Source: an uncultured Patescibacteria group bacterium (GTDB lineage Bacteria; Patescibacteriota; Microgenomatia; UBA1400; PJMF01). From it: a DNA stretch of 64,000 bases. The notes under the pieces are model-generated. The model searched no databases and was not told the DNA's origin. It saw only the letters and a program-made list of their open reading frames with translations. The translations under genes and the position numbers were made by a program. Location of the stretch: positions 267,523 to 331,522 of the forward strand of contig CAJQIG010000004.1 of the NCBI GenBank assembly GCA_905478415.1, read 5' to 3'. This document shows positions 10,143 to 21,347 of the stretch, piece by piece; positions within the stretch are counted from its first letter, which is position 1, and each line of letters starts with the position of its first letter.

Positions 10143-10343
10143 GACTTTTGTTCTCCTTCTTATACCAAAGAATCTTGATATAAGACATTTGAGCTCCCTC
10201 CCAAAAAAAACTTAATTATTTAAGGAACAAACAAGTGAGTATCCAGCTCATGATGATCTAGATACTAACTTAGTATGTGTTTCTATTTTACCACAAGCTT
10301 ATATAAATTTCTATAAACATATTGAGGAGGCATCTTTTTTCAG

Positions 10344-10372
10344 AAAAGCCCCCGAGCAGCGCTCGAGGGCTT
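10344..10372 (-). terminator. Rho-independent terminator downstream of dnaK
   Basis: Hairpin GCCCCCGAG-CAGCG-CTCGAGGGC followed on the minus strand by a T run, about 30 bp after the dnaK stop. Confidence 0.5.
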
Positions 10373-10398
10373 TGAACCACTTACCTGAGAGGTTTTGA

Positions 10399-12345
10399 TT
10401 ACTCGTTTACGACTTCACCTTCTTCGGCGGTGCCTTTGGCACTGTCCCCGCCTTTTGTGTCGGCTTTATCATCGGAATCTGGAGCTGCACCAGCGCCAGC
10501 GGTACCTGCTTTAGCTGCTTCTTCCTGTTGAGCTTTTTGCATAACTTCACCAATTTTCTGAGCTGATTTGAAGGTAGCGTCGACTGCTTTGTCAATTTCT
10601 TCCTTGGTGACATCATCTTTTGCAGCTAACTCTTTTAGCTTGTTGACGTCTTCTTCGATACTTTTCTTGTCGGCTTCTTCAAGTTTATCGCCATACTCCT
10701 CGAGTTGTTTTTCGATTTCGAAAGCGACACTATTTGCATGATTTTTAGCTTCAATTGCTTCTTTTTTCTGCTTGTCTTCATCTGCATGCTTCTCAGCGTC
10801 GGCCTTCATCTTCTCGATTTCATCATCCGAAAGGTTCGTCGAGTTCTGAATAGTAATCTTCTGTTCTTTACCAGTTGATTTATCTTTGGCAGTTACATGT
10901 AAAATACCATTACTGTCGATATCAAAGGTTACCTCGACCTGAGGAACTCCGCGTCGTGCTGGAGGAATACCATCAAGAATAAATCGGCCCAGCGGCTTAT
11001 TGTCGGCTGCCATTTCGCGCTCACCTTGTAAAACGTTAATCTCGACTGAAGTCTGATTATCAGCAGCAGTTGAGAAGATCTGTGACTTACTGGTTGGTAC
11101 CGTAGTATTGCGTTCGATCAAGGCCGTGCGAATTCCGCCCAAAGTTTCGAGACCAAGTGTTAATGGAGTCACATCCAAAAGCACCACATCAGTCACATCT
11201 CCGCCAATGACACCAGCCTGGATTGCAGCACCAATGGCCACAACTTCGTCTGGATTCACCCCCTTGTGAGGAGCTTTTCCGAAGAATTTTTCAACTTCTT
11301 TTTGGATCTTTGGCATTCGAGTCATACCACCGACTAAGACAACGTCGTTGATGTCACTAGCCTTGAGACCTGCATCTTTCAGCGCTTTTTTAACTGGCTC
11401 AAATGATTTTTTAATTAAGTCATCGACTAATTCTTCCATTTTTGCTCGAGTGAGCGTCAATGTTAAGTGGAGAGGCTGGCCATCATCACCTTGGGTAATA
11501 AATGGTTGATTAATTTCGGTTGAACTTGCACTTGAAAGTTCAATTTTTGCCTTCTCAGCCGCATCTTTTACACGCTGCAGAGCTTGAGGATCTTTCGATA
11601 AATCTTTGCCTTGATCTTTTTTAAACTCAGCAATGATCCATTCAATAATTTTGCTATCGAAATCATCACCTCCAAGGAAAGTATCACCATTGGTCGATTT
11701 CACTTCGAACACGCCATCACCAATATCAAGAATTGAGATATCGAAGGTTCCGCCACCAAGGTCGTAGACGGCAATAACTTCGTTACCTTTACGTTCTAAA
11801 CCATAGGCTAGTGCAGCTGCAGTTGGTTCGTTAACAATGCGTTCGACTGTAAGTCCAGCAATTTCACCAGCCTGTTTGGTGGCTTGACGTTGTGCATCAT
11901 TAAAGTAAGCAGGAACCGTGATAACTGCTCGGGTTACTTTTGAACCTAAGTAGCTTTCGGCATCTGCCTTAGCTTTTGATAAAATCTTGGCTGAAATTTC
12001 TTGTGGGGTGAACTCTTTCTTGTCAATCTTAACCACTGCCATACCATCTTTACCTTCGGCAACCTGGTAGGAAACGTGTTTAACCGCTTCAGTCACTGCT
12101 TTGTCTTTGAGTTTTCCACCCATAAAACGCTTAACTGAGTTAACTGTTTTACCAGGGTTTAAAACCATTTGACGTTTGGCGACATCACCAACAGAAACAT
12201 CATCTCCCTTAAATGAAACAATTGAAGGGAACGTGTTTCGACCTTCTGCAGTAGGAATAATCTTGGCTGTTCCACCTTCCATCACAGCAATAGCTGAGTT
12301 GGTGGTTCCAAGGTCAATTCCAATAATCTTTCCAGTATCTGACAT
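10399..12345 (-). CDS. dnaK: molecular chaperone DnaK (Hsp70)
   Basis: [15 protein letters not shown]-terminal ATPase motif, DLGGGTFD, and a full-length 648-aa Hsp70 architecture. Confidence 0.97.
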   Translation of the reverse strand: MSDTGKIIGIDLGTTNSAIAVMEGGTAKIIPTAEGRNTFPSIVSFKGDDVSVGDVAKRQMVLNPGKTVNSVKRFMGGKLKDKAVTEAVKHVSYQVAEGKDGMAVVKIDKKEFTPQEISAKILSKAKADAESYLGSKVTRAVITVPAYFNDAQRQATKQAGEIAGLTVERIVNEPTAAALAYGLERKGNEVIAVYDLGGGTFDISILDIGDGVFEVKSTNGDTFLGGDDFDSKIIEWIIAEFKKDQGKDLSKDPQALQRVKDAAEKAKIELSSASSTEINQPFITQGDDGQPLHLTLTLTRAKMEELVDDLIKKSFEPVKKALKDAGLKASDINDVVLVGGMTRMPKIQKEVEKFFGKAPHKGVNPDEVVAIGAAIQAGVIGGDVTDVVLLDVTPLTLGLETLGGIRTALIERNTTVPTSKSQIFSTAADNQTSVEINVLQGEREMAADNKPLGRFILDGIPPARRGVPQVEVTFDIDSNGILHVTAKDKSTGKEQKITIQNSTNLSDDEIEKMKADAEKHADEDKQKKEAIEAKNHANSVAFEIEKQLEEYGDKLEEADKKSIEEDVNKLKELAAKDDVTKEEIDKAVDATFKSAQKIGEVMQKAQQEEAAKAGTAGAGAAPDSDDKADTKGGDSAKGTAEEGEVVNE

Positions 12346-12460
12346 ATATACTCCTTTTTATTTTTTCTAAAACTTTATACTAATTTTTTGTGTTTCCTCA
12401 AGTAATTGAGGTCATTTATATATGATTACTGCCCATTTTAGCAAACGATCACTCCGACTG

Positions 12461-12487
12461 CAAGCAGTAAAATGATGAGACTGCTAA
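12461..12487. promoter_or_regulatory. CIRCE-like operator (CAAGCAGT-N11-ACTGCTAA) in the grpE-dnaK intergenic region
   Basis: Perfect 6-bp core AGCAGT/ACTGCT with an 11-bp spacer. It lies 10 bp after the grpE stop and about 115 bp upstream of the dnaK start. Confidence 0.5.
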
Positions 12488-12497
12488 TTTACGCAGA

Positions 12498-12959
12498 TTA
12501 GTCAAGAATGACTTTGGCAAATTGAATAACTTCTCCATGCAATCGGTACCCTGGTGACACAATTTTGGTTACTTTTTTGCCTTTTTCAGTAATTTCGACC
12601 ACTTCCATAACTTCGGCATCAAATGCTTTACCCAAGCACTCAATCTCCGCAAGCCCATGCATGTTGAGGGTTTGCCACAACTGAGTTAGTACCATATTTA
12701 AGCCAGGGTCATTGAGCTGACCTGCCGCCAACGAAAGATGGTTGAGCGGTTGAATGAGGTCAACCACAAAATCCTTTGTCGCTAGTTTAGCTTTACGAAC
12801 TGCATCTTGTTGCGTTCGACGGACTAAGTTTTGATAATCTGCCAAAGCACGCTGATACTTCCGTTCGGTTTCTTCGAGCTGTGCTTGTAACTGCGTTACT
12901 TCGTCCACAACTGTATCTTCTATAATTTCTGGTATTTCGTCTTGAATGTTTTTTTTCAT
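12498..12959 (-). CDS. grpE: nucleotide exchange factor GrpE
   Basis: Coiled-coil N-terminus with a YQRALADYQN..RRTQQD (GrpE signature-like) segment plus a C-terminal beta domain. It sits between hrcA and dnaK as in canonical hrcA-grpE-dnaK operons. Confidence 0.85.
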   Translation of the reverse strand: MKKNIQDEIPEIIEDTVVDEVTQLQAQLEETERKYQRALADYQNLVRRTQQDAVRKAKLATKDFVVDLIQPLNHLSLAAGQLNDPGLNMVLTQLWQTLNMHGLAEIECLGKAFDAEVMEVVEITEKGKKVTKIVSPGYRLHGEVIQFAKVILD

Positions 12960-13010
12960 ACAACTACCACTCTACTTACTATTTATACTGAACCCTTATT
13001 TTGCAACTAT

Positions 13011-13733
13011 TTATTCAACAATTTCTCTAATCAACCCACGAAGGTACTTCATAATAGGAATCACGTACGGATAGTCAAAACGACTTGATCCAAGCACTCC
13101 AACTCTGACTGGACGATCATTAATCTTAAATGACATGTGAATCATACCAATGGGATCAAGATGTCTATTTCCCATTTCTGGACCATAAATAACATGTACT
13201 AAGTTCTCGCTCGTGCCTGAGTTAAAAATTTCGTCAAGAAGTTTGATCTCTTCCGAAAGCTGCAACACATTTCGCATCACCGTGATATCAAAAAACTCTG
13301 GCATTTGGAGCAAGTTTGCAGCACCAGCATGAAAAATTCGCTCCTCATCGAGTACAGTCACACACAGCGCCTTGGCTTTATCGGCTAAAACTCTGGTCAT
13401 TTGATACAAGAGCTCATCAGTTTCGTTGCGACTATTCCAAATCTTTTCTTTGGCAGAAACCTCATCTGCAACAGATAGTTCGCGCTCCTTCATCAATTCA
13501 TTTACGAACAGTTTCATGGCCAATGGAGTCGGTAATCGACCCGCACTACTGTGACTTTTCTTGAGGTAGCCTTGTTTTTCGAGGTACACCATTTCGTTGC
13601 GAATGGTGGCAGGAGAAACGCCAATTGAGTACTTTTTATCAATCGTCTCAGAACCAACAGGCTCGGCGGTATTGATAAATTCTTCTATAACTGCTCGTAG
13701 AATCTGAATTTGGCGTGCAGTAAGATCAATCAT
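13011..13733 (-). CDS. hrcA: heat-inducible transcription repressor HrcA
   Basis: N-terminal winged helix LTARQIQILRAVIEEF...EPVGSETI...SPATIRNEMVYLEKQGYL...HSSAGRLPT matches the HrcA family. It lies upstream of grpE-dnaK. Confidence 0.85.
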   Translation of the reverse strand: MIDLTARQIQILRAVIEEFINTAEPVGSETIDKKYSIGVSPATIRNEMVYLEKQGYLKKSHSSAGRLPTPLAMKLFVNELMKERELSVADEVSAKEKIWNSRNETDELLYQMTRVLADKAKALCVTVLDEERIFHAGAANLLQMPEFFDITVMRNVLQLSEEIKLLDEIFNSGTSENLVHVIYGPEMGNRHLDPIGMIHMSFKINDRPVRVGVLGSSRFDYPYVIPIMKYLRGLIREIVE

Positions 13734-13800
13734 AGTCTCCTTAACTACTAGTCTGAATTTGAGTCATATTCTGTATAGTAAGCACAAAAAATAACTCTTA

Positions 13801-13827
13801 TTAGCAATAATAGTGGTAGATTGCTAA
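13801..13827. promoter_or_regulatory. CIRCE-like operator (TTAGCAAT-N11-ATTGCTAA) upstream of hrcA
   Basis: Perfect 8-bp inverted repeat with an 11-bp spacer, 68 bp upstream of the hrcA start. It has the same geometry as canonical CIRCE TTAGCACTC-N9-GAGTGCTAA. Confidence 0.6.
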
Positions 13828-13851
13828 AAAGTCAAGCAAATGGTGGAAAAA

Positions 13852-14781
13852 TTAGACCTTCTCAACAACCGGATCTTCTTTTGAAGCAGCTTGTGTTACT
13901 TCACCTACATCAGTGATAACAGGGCTACTATCTGGAGCTTCCGGCACATCTGCTTCCGCCTTTTCAGGGGCGAGATCTGGCTTCGCTTCTTCCTCTGCAG
14001 TTGTCCCATCAACTCGTATGCGTGTGAGGTCAATTGAGAGCAACCGACTCAAATTTTTCTGTATTTCATGCATTTCATCGAGAAGCGTTCCTCCGCCACT
14101 AAGCTTCTCCGTAATAGCGAGATTCGATGTCTCCTTGTTCACTGAAAGATAGAGAGAATTATTGAGGGTTCCGAGAAGTTCGTCGGTAATAACCGCAGAG
14201 TGATCATTTCGAAAGTGCTTCATGACGTCATCGCTGTTCTTAGTGAGCGCTTCCCATTGCGGTGTGAGTTGTTGCAACGATTGCAGCTTTTCGATTGCTG
14301 CAGTCGGAGCCGGATTACCACTGGTAGCTTCGCCTACTTGTTCTTTCACTTCACGGACCAAGGAAACAATTTTTTTAGGCAACTCATTCTTTACAAGAGC
14401 CGTTACACTGTACAGTAACTCGGTAACCAACCGAGCTCTATCTTCCTGAAGCTTGGCTTCTTCTTGTTCGCTTTCATCTAAGCCAGTGGCATTTAACTTG
14501 TCAGTGACTTCTTCAATCCCTCTACGGAGACCTCTCACACTTGTTGACCTGTTCGGCAAAGTAAAAGCGTCAATTTCTGATTCTGTAACTAAACCTTTGC
14601 CTGTAGCTAACAGTAACATTTTATTAACTAGTTCAACATTTGCTGAAACACGCTCCTGATTCCTTGCTTCTACTTCTTGGGTACTGGGAGGTCGCTCTGG
14701 GGCTTTTTCTCCAACATCTAGATGTCCATTTTCTTGTTCCTCGGTGGACTGAGCTAACTGAGAAGTAAGTGGTTGCATCAT
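13852..14781 (-). CDS. hypothetical acidic soluble protein
   Basis: 309-aa ORF with consistent codon usage and no recognisable motifs. It sits directly upstream of hrcA on the same strand. Confidence 0.5.
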   Translation of the reverse strand: MMQPLTSQLAQSTEEQENGHLDVGEKAPERPPSTQEVEARNQERVSANVELVNKMLLLATGKGLVTESEIDAFTLPNRSTSVRGLRRGIEEVTDKLNATGLDESEQEEAKLQEDRARLVTELLYSVTALVKNELPKKIVSLVREVKEQVGEATSGNPAPTAAIEKLQSLQQLTPQWEALTKNSDDVMKHFRNDHSAVITDELLGTLNNSLYLSVNKETSNLAITEKLSGGGTLLDEMHEIQKNLSRLLSIDLTRIRVDGTTAEEEAKPDLAPEKAEADVPEAPDSSPVITDVGEVTQAASKEDPVVEKV

Positions 14782-14862
14782 ATTGAACTTTCTTGCGCAG
14801 CTATTTTTAAAGTAGCTACGGAATATCTTTTTCTCATATAATAAGAATATCTCTTAGCTTAT

Positions 14863-16329
14863 TTGTACCTAAAAAAGTGTTACACTTATAGTATCGAAAC
14901 AGGATATCTGCCTATGAAAGTCACAAAATACCGCCAAAAAAAACGCCTCAAATTAATTGTGCAAGGCTCTGTAGTCTTGGGAATGCTGATTATCGCCATT
15001 GTTGGCGCCTTCCAAGTGCAAGTTGTTCGCGAATTCTTCTCGAGAGCATCTGGAGAACCTGCCAACATCAAAGTCAATGCTACTAAAGTAGTCGGCGTCA
15101 TGCCCCGCCCATGGAGAAACCTTGCCCAAGGTGGTGAAGATCATGCGTGGCGCATCCAACCAATTTCCAACCAAGTTAAAGCACTCAACCCAACTTATAT
15201 CCGCATGGACCATATCTATGATTTCTATGACATTGTCGGAGGCAGTCCTGGCAACTTAACATTTGATTTTTCTAAATTTGACGCCTTGCTCGACGACATT
15301 GCTGCTGTTGGCGCTACTCCTTATATTGCCCTTTCGTACATGCCACCAGCTATATCGAGCGGAGATATCGTTGCTACCCCACAGAACTATGCGGACTGGG
15401 AACTGGTAACACAACGAACCATTGAACACGTCAGTGGCACACGCAAAACTCCGAACGTCTACTATGAAGTCTGGAACGAACCTGATTTATTTGGAGGTTG
15501 GAAATACTATGGAAATAAAAACTACATGACCTTGTACAACGCGTCTGCTCGCGGCGCCGCACGCGCCCGTGGGGTTCAACCGTTCAAGCTGGGCGGCGCC
15601 GCCACCACCGCCCTCTACAAAAATTGGTTTGATGCTATGGCAAAAAATGCAGTTACTAACAATGTCCGCTTTGACTTTTTCTCATGGCACCGCTACAACC
15701 ACGACATCGACCAATACCGAGATGATATGACCCAGGTTAGAACTTGGCTTCAAAACTACCCAACACTCGAACCTTTCCTCGAACTCCATATCACCGAATG
15801 GGGCCACGACAGCGAAAATCACGCTGGCTATGACGGCAACTACGGAGCAGCCCATACAGCCGCTGGCTCTATTGAAATGGTGGGCATTGTCGAAAAAGCC
15901 TTTGTCTTCGAAATCCAAGATGGTAAAGACCCCGCTGGACAACGAAATTGGGGCCGATGGGGACTCCTCACTCACAATGACTTTGGAGGCACGCCAAAAC
16001 CAAGATATAACGCCCTCAAACTTCTCGATAAAGTTGGCACCCAACGACTGCAACTCCTTGGAAAAGGCAGTTGGGTGAAAGCTCTGGCCTCTAAAGATCA
16101 AAATGGCACCGTCAAAATTGTGATGGCTAACTTTGATATCTATGGCAAACACAGCGAAACAGTACCCGTCACCATTACTAACCTGCCTTCTGGTAGCTAC
16201 ACCGTCACAAAAGAGTTCCATAACGGACAAGTCCAATCAAATGCAGCTAGTGTCAGTGATGGCACGCTTGCAACTGATATTTACATGGCTCCAAATACGG
16301 TGGTGTTGGTAACGATTACTAAAAAATAA
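14863..16329 (+). CDS. membrane-anchored glycoside hydrolase, clan GH-A (GH39/GH5-like)
   Basis: N-terminal TM helix. Catalytic acid/base motif EVWNEPD and nucleophile motif LHITEWG are hallmarks of clan GH-A (beta/alpha)8 glycosidases. Confidence 0.7.
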   Translation: MYLKKCYTYSIETGYLPMKVTKYRQKKRLKLIVQGSVVLGMLIIAIVGAFQVQVVREFFSRASGEPANIKVNATKVVGVMPRPWRNLAQGGEDHAWRIQPISNQVKALNPTYIRMDHIYDFYDIVGGSPGNLTFDFSKFDALLDDIAAVGATPYIALSYMPPAISSGDIVATPQNYADWELVTQRTIEHVSGTRKTPNVYYEVWNEPDLFGGWKYYGNKNYMTLYNASARGAARARGVQPFKLGGAATTALYKNWFDAMAKNAVTNNVRFDFFSWHRYNHDIDQYRDDMTQVRTWLQNYPTLEPFLELHITEWGHDSENHAGYDGNYGAAHTAAGSIEMVGIVEKAFVFEIQDGKDPAGQRNWGRWGLLTHNDFGGTPKPRYNALKLLDKVGTQRLQLLGKGSWVKALASKDQNGTVKIVMANFDIYGKHSETVPVTITNLPSGSYTVTKEFHNGQVQSNAASVSDGTLATDIYMAPNTVVLVTITKK

Positions 16330-16452
16330 TACTCAAAAAAACATGAGTACTTTCCTTGCAAATAGTAGACCTATAAGATATAATAGTATCGTTCTTTAAC
16401 GACGGTATCTTTTTTATAATTTTATAATCACCTATGTATCACGGAGAAAAAA

Positions 16453-16758
16453 ATGGCTAAGACCAGATTAAGAGTTCCCTCATCAGTATTCATTAAATGG
16501 CATGATGAACAGAATAGACTTGAACCAGTTTTTGTTATTGAATCTGAACATGCAGTGCCATTTAAACAGGTACTTGATATGTTCATATCCCCTGGTAGTA
16601 CTGCTTGCAACGTTGAATTACCCCTGCAGCCATACATCAAAACCAGCATTGGTGGCCTAAGCTATGGTGGGTACTTCTACTACTTCTACATCTCTGTTTT
16701 AAAAATAACAGAGTTTGAAATAGAGTACCAGGTAAGTGGAGAAATGATTAAGCAGTAA
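16453..16758 (+). CDS. small hypothetical protein (101 aa), weakly supported
   Basis: Preceded by TATAAT-like boxes and a GGAG 9 nt upstream, and followed by a strong terminator at 16784..16810. The sequence has no recognisable motifs. Confidence 0.25.
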   Translation: MAKTRLRVPSSVFIKWHDEQNRLEPVFVIESEHAVPFKQVLDMFISPGSTACNVELPLQPYIKTSIGGLSYGGYFYYFYISVLKITEFEIEYQVSGEMIKQ

Positions 16759-16783
16759 AAACATCGTTAGAAAATAGAACATG

Positions 16784-16810
16784 CCCCAGGTTTATACCTG
16801 GGGTTTTTTT
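16784..16810 (+). terminator. Rho-independent terminator (CCCCAGGT-TTAT-ACCTGGGG followed by T7)
   Basis: Perfect 8-bp GC-rich stem followed by TTTTTTT on the plus strand. Confidence 0.55.
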
Positions 16811-16812
16811 GA

Positions 16813-17961
16813 TCAGTCCTCTTTGGAAATAAGTGTCTTTACTAATGAAGCCACTTCTCTCTGGAATCTTTTCTTCTTAAAGGAAGTTGCATACTTATAC
16901 ATCTCCGCTGCTGAGAATTTTTTTATATTTTTCTCAAATGCAATAATTTCAGCACTCAAACTCTCAACCGTCAACTCATCAAAAAACTCACCCGTTTTGC
17001 CTTCCAGCACCGTCTCTTTCGGCCCACCAGAGCGATGTGCAATGACTGGGACTCCATGCCCCATGGCCTCGATTGGCACAATACCAAAGTCTTCATCTTC
17101 AGCTGGAAAAAGAAGCGCTTTTGCGTCTGCATACACTTGGTGCAGTACTTCGTCACTTACTGCCCCTAAAAATTCGACTGTCTCTCCTGCTAGGGTTTGT
17201 AAATATTCTAAACCCTTACCTGTTCCTACAACTTTCAGTGGCACACCAAGTTTTGTACATGCCTCTATTGCTAAGTCTACATGTTTACTTGCCGCCAGCC
17301 GGCCCACATAGAGATAATACCTACCTTTATTTTTTTGAAGCGCTTGCAACTCAGCTGCACTCATTTGAGCCACATCAACTGGAGGAAAAATCACGGTCGA
17401 ATCTTGTCGATAAAACTTGGCAATCCGACGCTGTGTTTCAACGCTATTAGCTACAAAATGAATGTTTTTTTGAGCAATGTTGTAATCAACGACACGTAAA
17501 AAATGATTCATCAAAGTTCCCACAAATCGAGTAATTGGATTGCGCTTCCAGTCACTCATGGTTGTGTACCCATACAGTGACCGAGCTGGCGTGTGACAAT
17601 AACAAATATGGACAGCCTTCTTCAAGCCATGTTCGGTTGTCACCGCTTTAGCAAAGTAAGCATTTGAAGAAGAAATGACTACATCATATTCAGAGAGATC
17701 TAAATCAGTAAAAGCCTTGGGTGCAAAAATTCGATAGGGAGAAAATAATTTCTTGTAAAAAGGAAGTTTGGTAATCCAGGTTTCCCGAATATCCCACCCC
17801 TCAAACTTGGCAGCGTGCATGCCGAGTGTATCAGGATCAAAAAAAGCAGTGTACACTGGCGCATTGGGGTAGAGTCCGTGCAGCGCTTCGACCACTCGTT
17901 CCGCCCCACCATACTCACGTAGATAATCATGAACGAGGGCAACTTTCAATTTCTGTTTCAT
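16813..17961 (-). CDS. glycosyltransferase family 4 (GT-B fold). Probable start at Met12 of the listed ORF.
   Basis: C-terminal GT4 signature EDFGIVPIEAMGHGVPVIAHRSGGPKETV...GKTGEF (EX7E-type). Confidence 0.8.
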   Translation of the reverse strand: MKQKLKVALVHDYLREYGGAERVVEALHGLYPNAPVYTAFFDPDTLGMHAAKFEGWDIRETWITKLPFYKKLFSPYRIFAPKAFTDLDLSEYDVVISSSNAYFAKAVTTEHGLKKAVHICYCHTPARSLYGYTTMSDWKRNPITRFVGTLMNHFLRVVDYNIAQKNIHFVANSVETQRRIAKFYRQDSTVIFPPVDVAQMSAAELQALQKNKGRYYLYVGRLAASKHVDLAIEACTKLGVPLKVVGTGKGLEYLQTLAGETVEFLGAVSDEVLHQVYADAKALLFPAEDEDFGIVPIEAMGHGVPVIAHRSGGPKETVLEGKTGEFFDELTVESLSAEIIAFEKNIKKFSAAEMYKYATSFKKKRFQREVASLVKTLISKED

Positions 17962-17962
17962 A

Positions 17963-18955
17963 TTAAAAAAGTGCTTCCTGCACCGATTCTTCAAAGGTAT
18001 CTTGTGGCAGTAGTCTCACTAATGAAGAAAATTCGAGAGAATCAAACAAATCAATCACGACCTGCTTATCATAGTCTTTGACCGTACATTTCTCTAAATT
18101 AAAATCTATGGGCACGTCTACATCAATTCGAGCCAAGTCTTGGCTCATAAAAGCCATCTTTTTGTCGACAACTAACTTTTTTAAAGTCGCCCCTTTTAAA
18201 AGATCATGGGCTTCGCCCGATTCAGCCACTCGATCAACAGCCTCGTACAGTGCTTCTAATGTCCCAAACTCCGAAAGTAACTTTCGAGCCGTGACTTTTC
18301 CAACTCCCTTTACACCAGGGATATTGTCTGAGGCATCACCCATCAGCGCCTTTAAATCGATAACGCCATGCGGGGTCACTCCCATTTTTTTGATAACTTC
18401 TGTCTCAAAATACTCAGTATCTCTCGACCATTTATTTCCAGGAATCCAGACTGAAAGATCTTCGGTCACCAGCTGCAGTAAATCTTTATCACCAGAAACC
18501 ACCGTTGTCAGCACAGAGTCTGAGTGCCCATCTGGCAACTGCATAATTTTGGCAATCGAGCCAATCAAATCATCAGCTTCGATACCTTCCTGCACAAAGG
18601 TGGGAATATTCAGTGCCGTCACGACTTCTTTAATAATTTCGACTTGAGGTTTGAGGTCATCCGGCATTTCTGGACGGTGGGCTTTGTAATCTTCGTACTT
18701 CTCGGCACGCTTGGTTTTACCTTTGTGGTCAAAGGTGACGGCAATGTATTCAGGTTCAAAATCACGAATAACAGTCAGTAAAATGCGAGAGAAACCGTAG
18801 ACTGCGTTAACTTTCACTCCGGCTGGTGAGGTTAGCTCTGGGAAAGCGTGGTAGGCTCGATACATCAGGGCATGACCATCAAAAATGATGAATCGATCTC
18901 GAGCTTCAAACTGTTCTTCACTGGCTCTTGAACTAAAACGCTTTGTATCTACCAT
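17963..18955 (-). CDS. stand-alone 5'-3' exonuclease (FEN/Pol I N-terminal nuclease domain)
   Basis: Motifs FDGHALMYRAYHA, VVSGDKDLLQL and GVKGVGKVTARKLL (H3TH) are typical of Pol I-type 5' nucleases. 330 aa with no polymerase domain. Confidence 0.85.
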   Translation of the reverse strand: MVDTKRFSSRASEEQFEARDRFIIFDGHALMYRAYHAFPELTSPAGVKVNAVYGFSRILLTVIRDFEPEYIAVTFDHKGKTKRAEKYEDYKAHRPEMPDDLKPQVEIIKEVVTALNIPTFVQEGIEADDLIGSIAKIMQLPDGHSDSVLTTVVSGDKDLLQLVTEDLSVWIPGNKWSRDTEYFETEVIKKMGVTPHGVIDLKALMGDASDNIPGVKGVGKVTARKLLSEFGTLEALYEAVDRVAESGEAHDLLKGATLKKLVVDKKMAFMSQDLARIDVDVPIDFNLEKCTVKDYDKQVVIDLFDSLEFSSLVRLLPQDTFEESVQEALF

Positions 18956-18974
18956 GCTTCCAGTCTAGCAGAAA

Positions 18975-20897
18975 TTACTTGGTTTTTTTATTGACGGTCT
19001 TCTTATCTGCAACTGCAGCATGCTTAAGGTGTGGAGTAAACTCAAACTTGGCTTTCTTCATCCCCATGAGGTGAGTGAACTCTTCGGCATCAATTGACTC
19101 AATCTCAACCAGCTTAGCTGAAACTCCCTCAAGTTGTTTGCGATATTCCTTCAGAATTTCGAGAGCTCTCTTGTATCCAGCCTCAATAAAAACACGCGTC
19201 TCATCATCAACTTTTTCTTGCAGTGAGGCAGAAATTCTACTCGGTTCTCCCCAAGCTCGACCATAATCTTGGTTATCGTACATAGGCGTAAAGTTCATCG
19301 GACCCAGTGGGCTCATGCCGTACTCAGTCACCATAGCTTTGGCAATTTGAGTAGCTCGTTCAATATCGCTGCTCGCACCAGCAGTCAGCTCATTAAAAAT
19401 AAGTTCTTCGGCAGCTCGACCTCCCATAAGGACAGCAATGCGATCAATCAACTCTGATTTAGTTGTCTGCAGCTTATCTTTTTCTGGAGGAGTTAAAGTA
19501 AATCCTAACGCACGTCCGCGAGAAACAATCGAAATTCTGTGCACAGGATCAGCATGTGGCGAAACATGAGCCACCAAAGCATGCCCCGCTTCGTGGTACG
19601 CCGTCATTTCACGCTCATGAAGATCTTGTAGACGCTTCTTACTTGGACCCAACTTAACCTTGAGCGAAGCTTCTTCGATATCTTCCATCTCAACTTCGGT
19701 TCTACTCTCACGTGCCACTGAAATTGCAGCTTCATTGAGCATATTTTCCAGATCTGCTCCAGAAAAACCAACGGTTTGACGAGCAACTTTCTCCCAATCG
19801 AAATTCTTGGCGAATGGCTTACCCTTAGCATGGATACTTAAGATATAGGTACGTTCACCTAAATCTGGTAAGCGAACTAGCACGCGTCGATCAAATCTAC
19901 CTGGTCGAACCAGAGCTGGATCAAGCATATCTCCACGGTTTGTAGCAGCAATCACAATAACTTTATCATTCTTGGTAAATCCATCCATCTCGACTAAAAT
20001 TTGGTTAAGGGTTTGTTCTCTTTCATCATGGCCGCCCATGTTTCCTTGACCCCTCATTCGACCAATTGCGTCGATTTCATCAATAAAAATGATTGCTGGA
20101 GCCATCTTTTTTGCGGTTGTAAATAAGTCTCTTGCTCGCGAAGCACCAACTCCAACCAGCATTTCCATAAACTCACTTCCTGCAATCGAAAGGAACTGGA
20201 CATTGGCCTCACCTGCGACAGCTCGAGCTAACAGCGTCTTACCTGTTCCAGCTGGACCGACAAGTAGTACACCTTTTGGAGTTCTGGCGCCAACTTTTTC
20301 ATACTTCTTTGGATTCTTCAAGAAATCAACAACTTCTTCGAGTTCTGCTTTGGCTTCGTCCATACCACCAACATCGCTAAACTTGGTATTTTGCTTGCCT
20401 TTAACAAAGAGCTTGGCCTTACTTTTACCAATTCCCATGATGCCATCAGAGCCACCCTTCATTTGTTTAAACAAAAAGAAAAAGAGTACCACCATTAAGA
20501 TAATAGGCAAGATACTCACCACCAGTTCCCAGAAAATAGCTGAGAACGAAAGATCTTCAATCTGCAGCTCGGTTGCATTTAAATCAATGTCTGCGGTTCT
20601 CAGAACCTCAACAATACCTTGGCCAGCTTCCTTACGACTTTCTTTTTTACTACCATCTTGGTAATACAAAACCAGCTCTTCACCTCGAACCTCAACTTTT
20701 TGAACTTGGTTTTCTCTAACATCTGCTACAAATTGGCTTAAAGCTACTTTTTCAACTTTTCCACCATTTATAATGCTTAAGACATACGGAAGAAATAGTA
20801 CCCCAATTAAAATAAAAAGAAGCCCCTTACTAAAAAGGTCTTTTAGATTAAATTTCATCTCAATTTTTTTTGTTTTTTGTTTTTTTGCACTTGGCAT
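18975..20897 (-). CDS. ftsH: ATP-dependent zinc metalloprotease FtsH
   Basis: N-terminal TM helices, AAA Walker [19 protein letters not shown], and the zinc site HEAGHALVA. Confidence 0.95.
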   Translation of the reverse strand: MPSAKKQKTKKIEMKFNLKDLFSKGLLFILIGVLFLPYVLSIINGGKVEKVALSQFVADVRENQVQKVEVRGEELVLYYQDGSKKESRKEAGQGIVEVLRTADIDLNATELQIEDLSFSAIFWELVVSILPIILMVVLFFFLFKQMKGGSDGIMGIGKSKAKLFVKGKQNTKFSDVGGMDEAKAELEEVVDFLKNPKKYEKVGARTPKGVLLVGPAGTGKTLLARAVAGEANVQFLSIAGSEFMEMLVGVGASRARDLFTTAKKMAPAIIFIDEIDAIGRMRGQGNMGGHDEREQTLNQILVEMDGFTKNDKVIVIAATNRGDMLDPALVRPGRFDRRVLVRLPDLGERTYILSIHAKGKPFAKNFDWEKVARQTVGFSGADLENMLNEAAISVARESRTEVEMEDIEEASLKVKLGPSKKRLQDLHEREMTAYHEAGHALVAHVSPHADPVHRISIVSRGRALGFTLTPPEKDKLQTTKSELIDRIAVLMGGRAAEELIFNELTAGASSDIERATQIAKAMVTEYGMSPLGPMNFTPMYDNQDYGRAWGEPSRISASLQEKVDDETRVFIEAGYKRALEILKEYRKQLEGVSAKLVEIESIDAEEFTHLMGMKKAKFEFTPHLKHAAVADKKTVNKKTK

Positions 20898-20976
20898 ACT
20901 CTAACCCCTAATCCTTTCATAGAACTGACAGTCATCCCTTTCGGAATCACTCAGCCTTCTAAAGTCACATCGAATT

Positions 20977-21333
20977 CTAACGAACAACTGCCCCAGGAGC
21001 AACCGGCTTTTCTGGTGACAGTAACGCAGCATTTTCTCCAGCTGCCAATAACATACCTTGGCTCACAACCCCACGAAGTTTGCGAGGCTCTAAGTTGGCC
21101 AGGTAGGTCACTGTTTTACCCACTAATTCTTCTGGATCATACCAGGCTTTAATGCCCGCCGCCACTGTTCTTTCTCCCAGCTCACCCACATCAAGGGTAA
21201 TCTTGAGCAGTTTATCTGCGCCTTCGATTGGCTCAACTGCTACAATTTTGGCTGCACGAATATCTAGCTTCATAAACTCATCGTACGAAATGCTTGTTTT
21301 TTCGTCTGGTGTTTGTGCTTCTTCATCTGACAT
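20977..21333 (-). CDS. stand-alone tRNA-binding domain protein (CsaA/Trbp111-like OB fold)
   Basis: IRAAKIVAVEPIEGADKLLKITLDVGE...GMLLAAGE matches the Myf/EMAP tRNA-binding domain. It lies immediately downstream of trpS. Confidence 0.75.
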   Translation of the reverse strand: MSDEEAQTPDEKTSISYDEFMKLDIRAAKIVAVEPIEGADKLLKITLDVGELGERTVAAGIKAWYDPEELVGKTVTYLANLEPRKLRGVVSQGMLLAAGENAALLSPEKPVAPGAVVR

Positions 21334-21347
21334 ACGTGTGTTCCTTT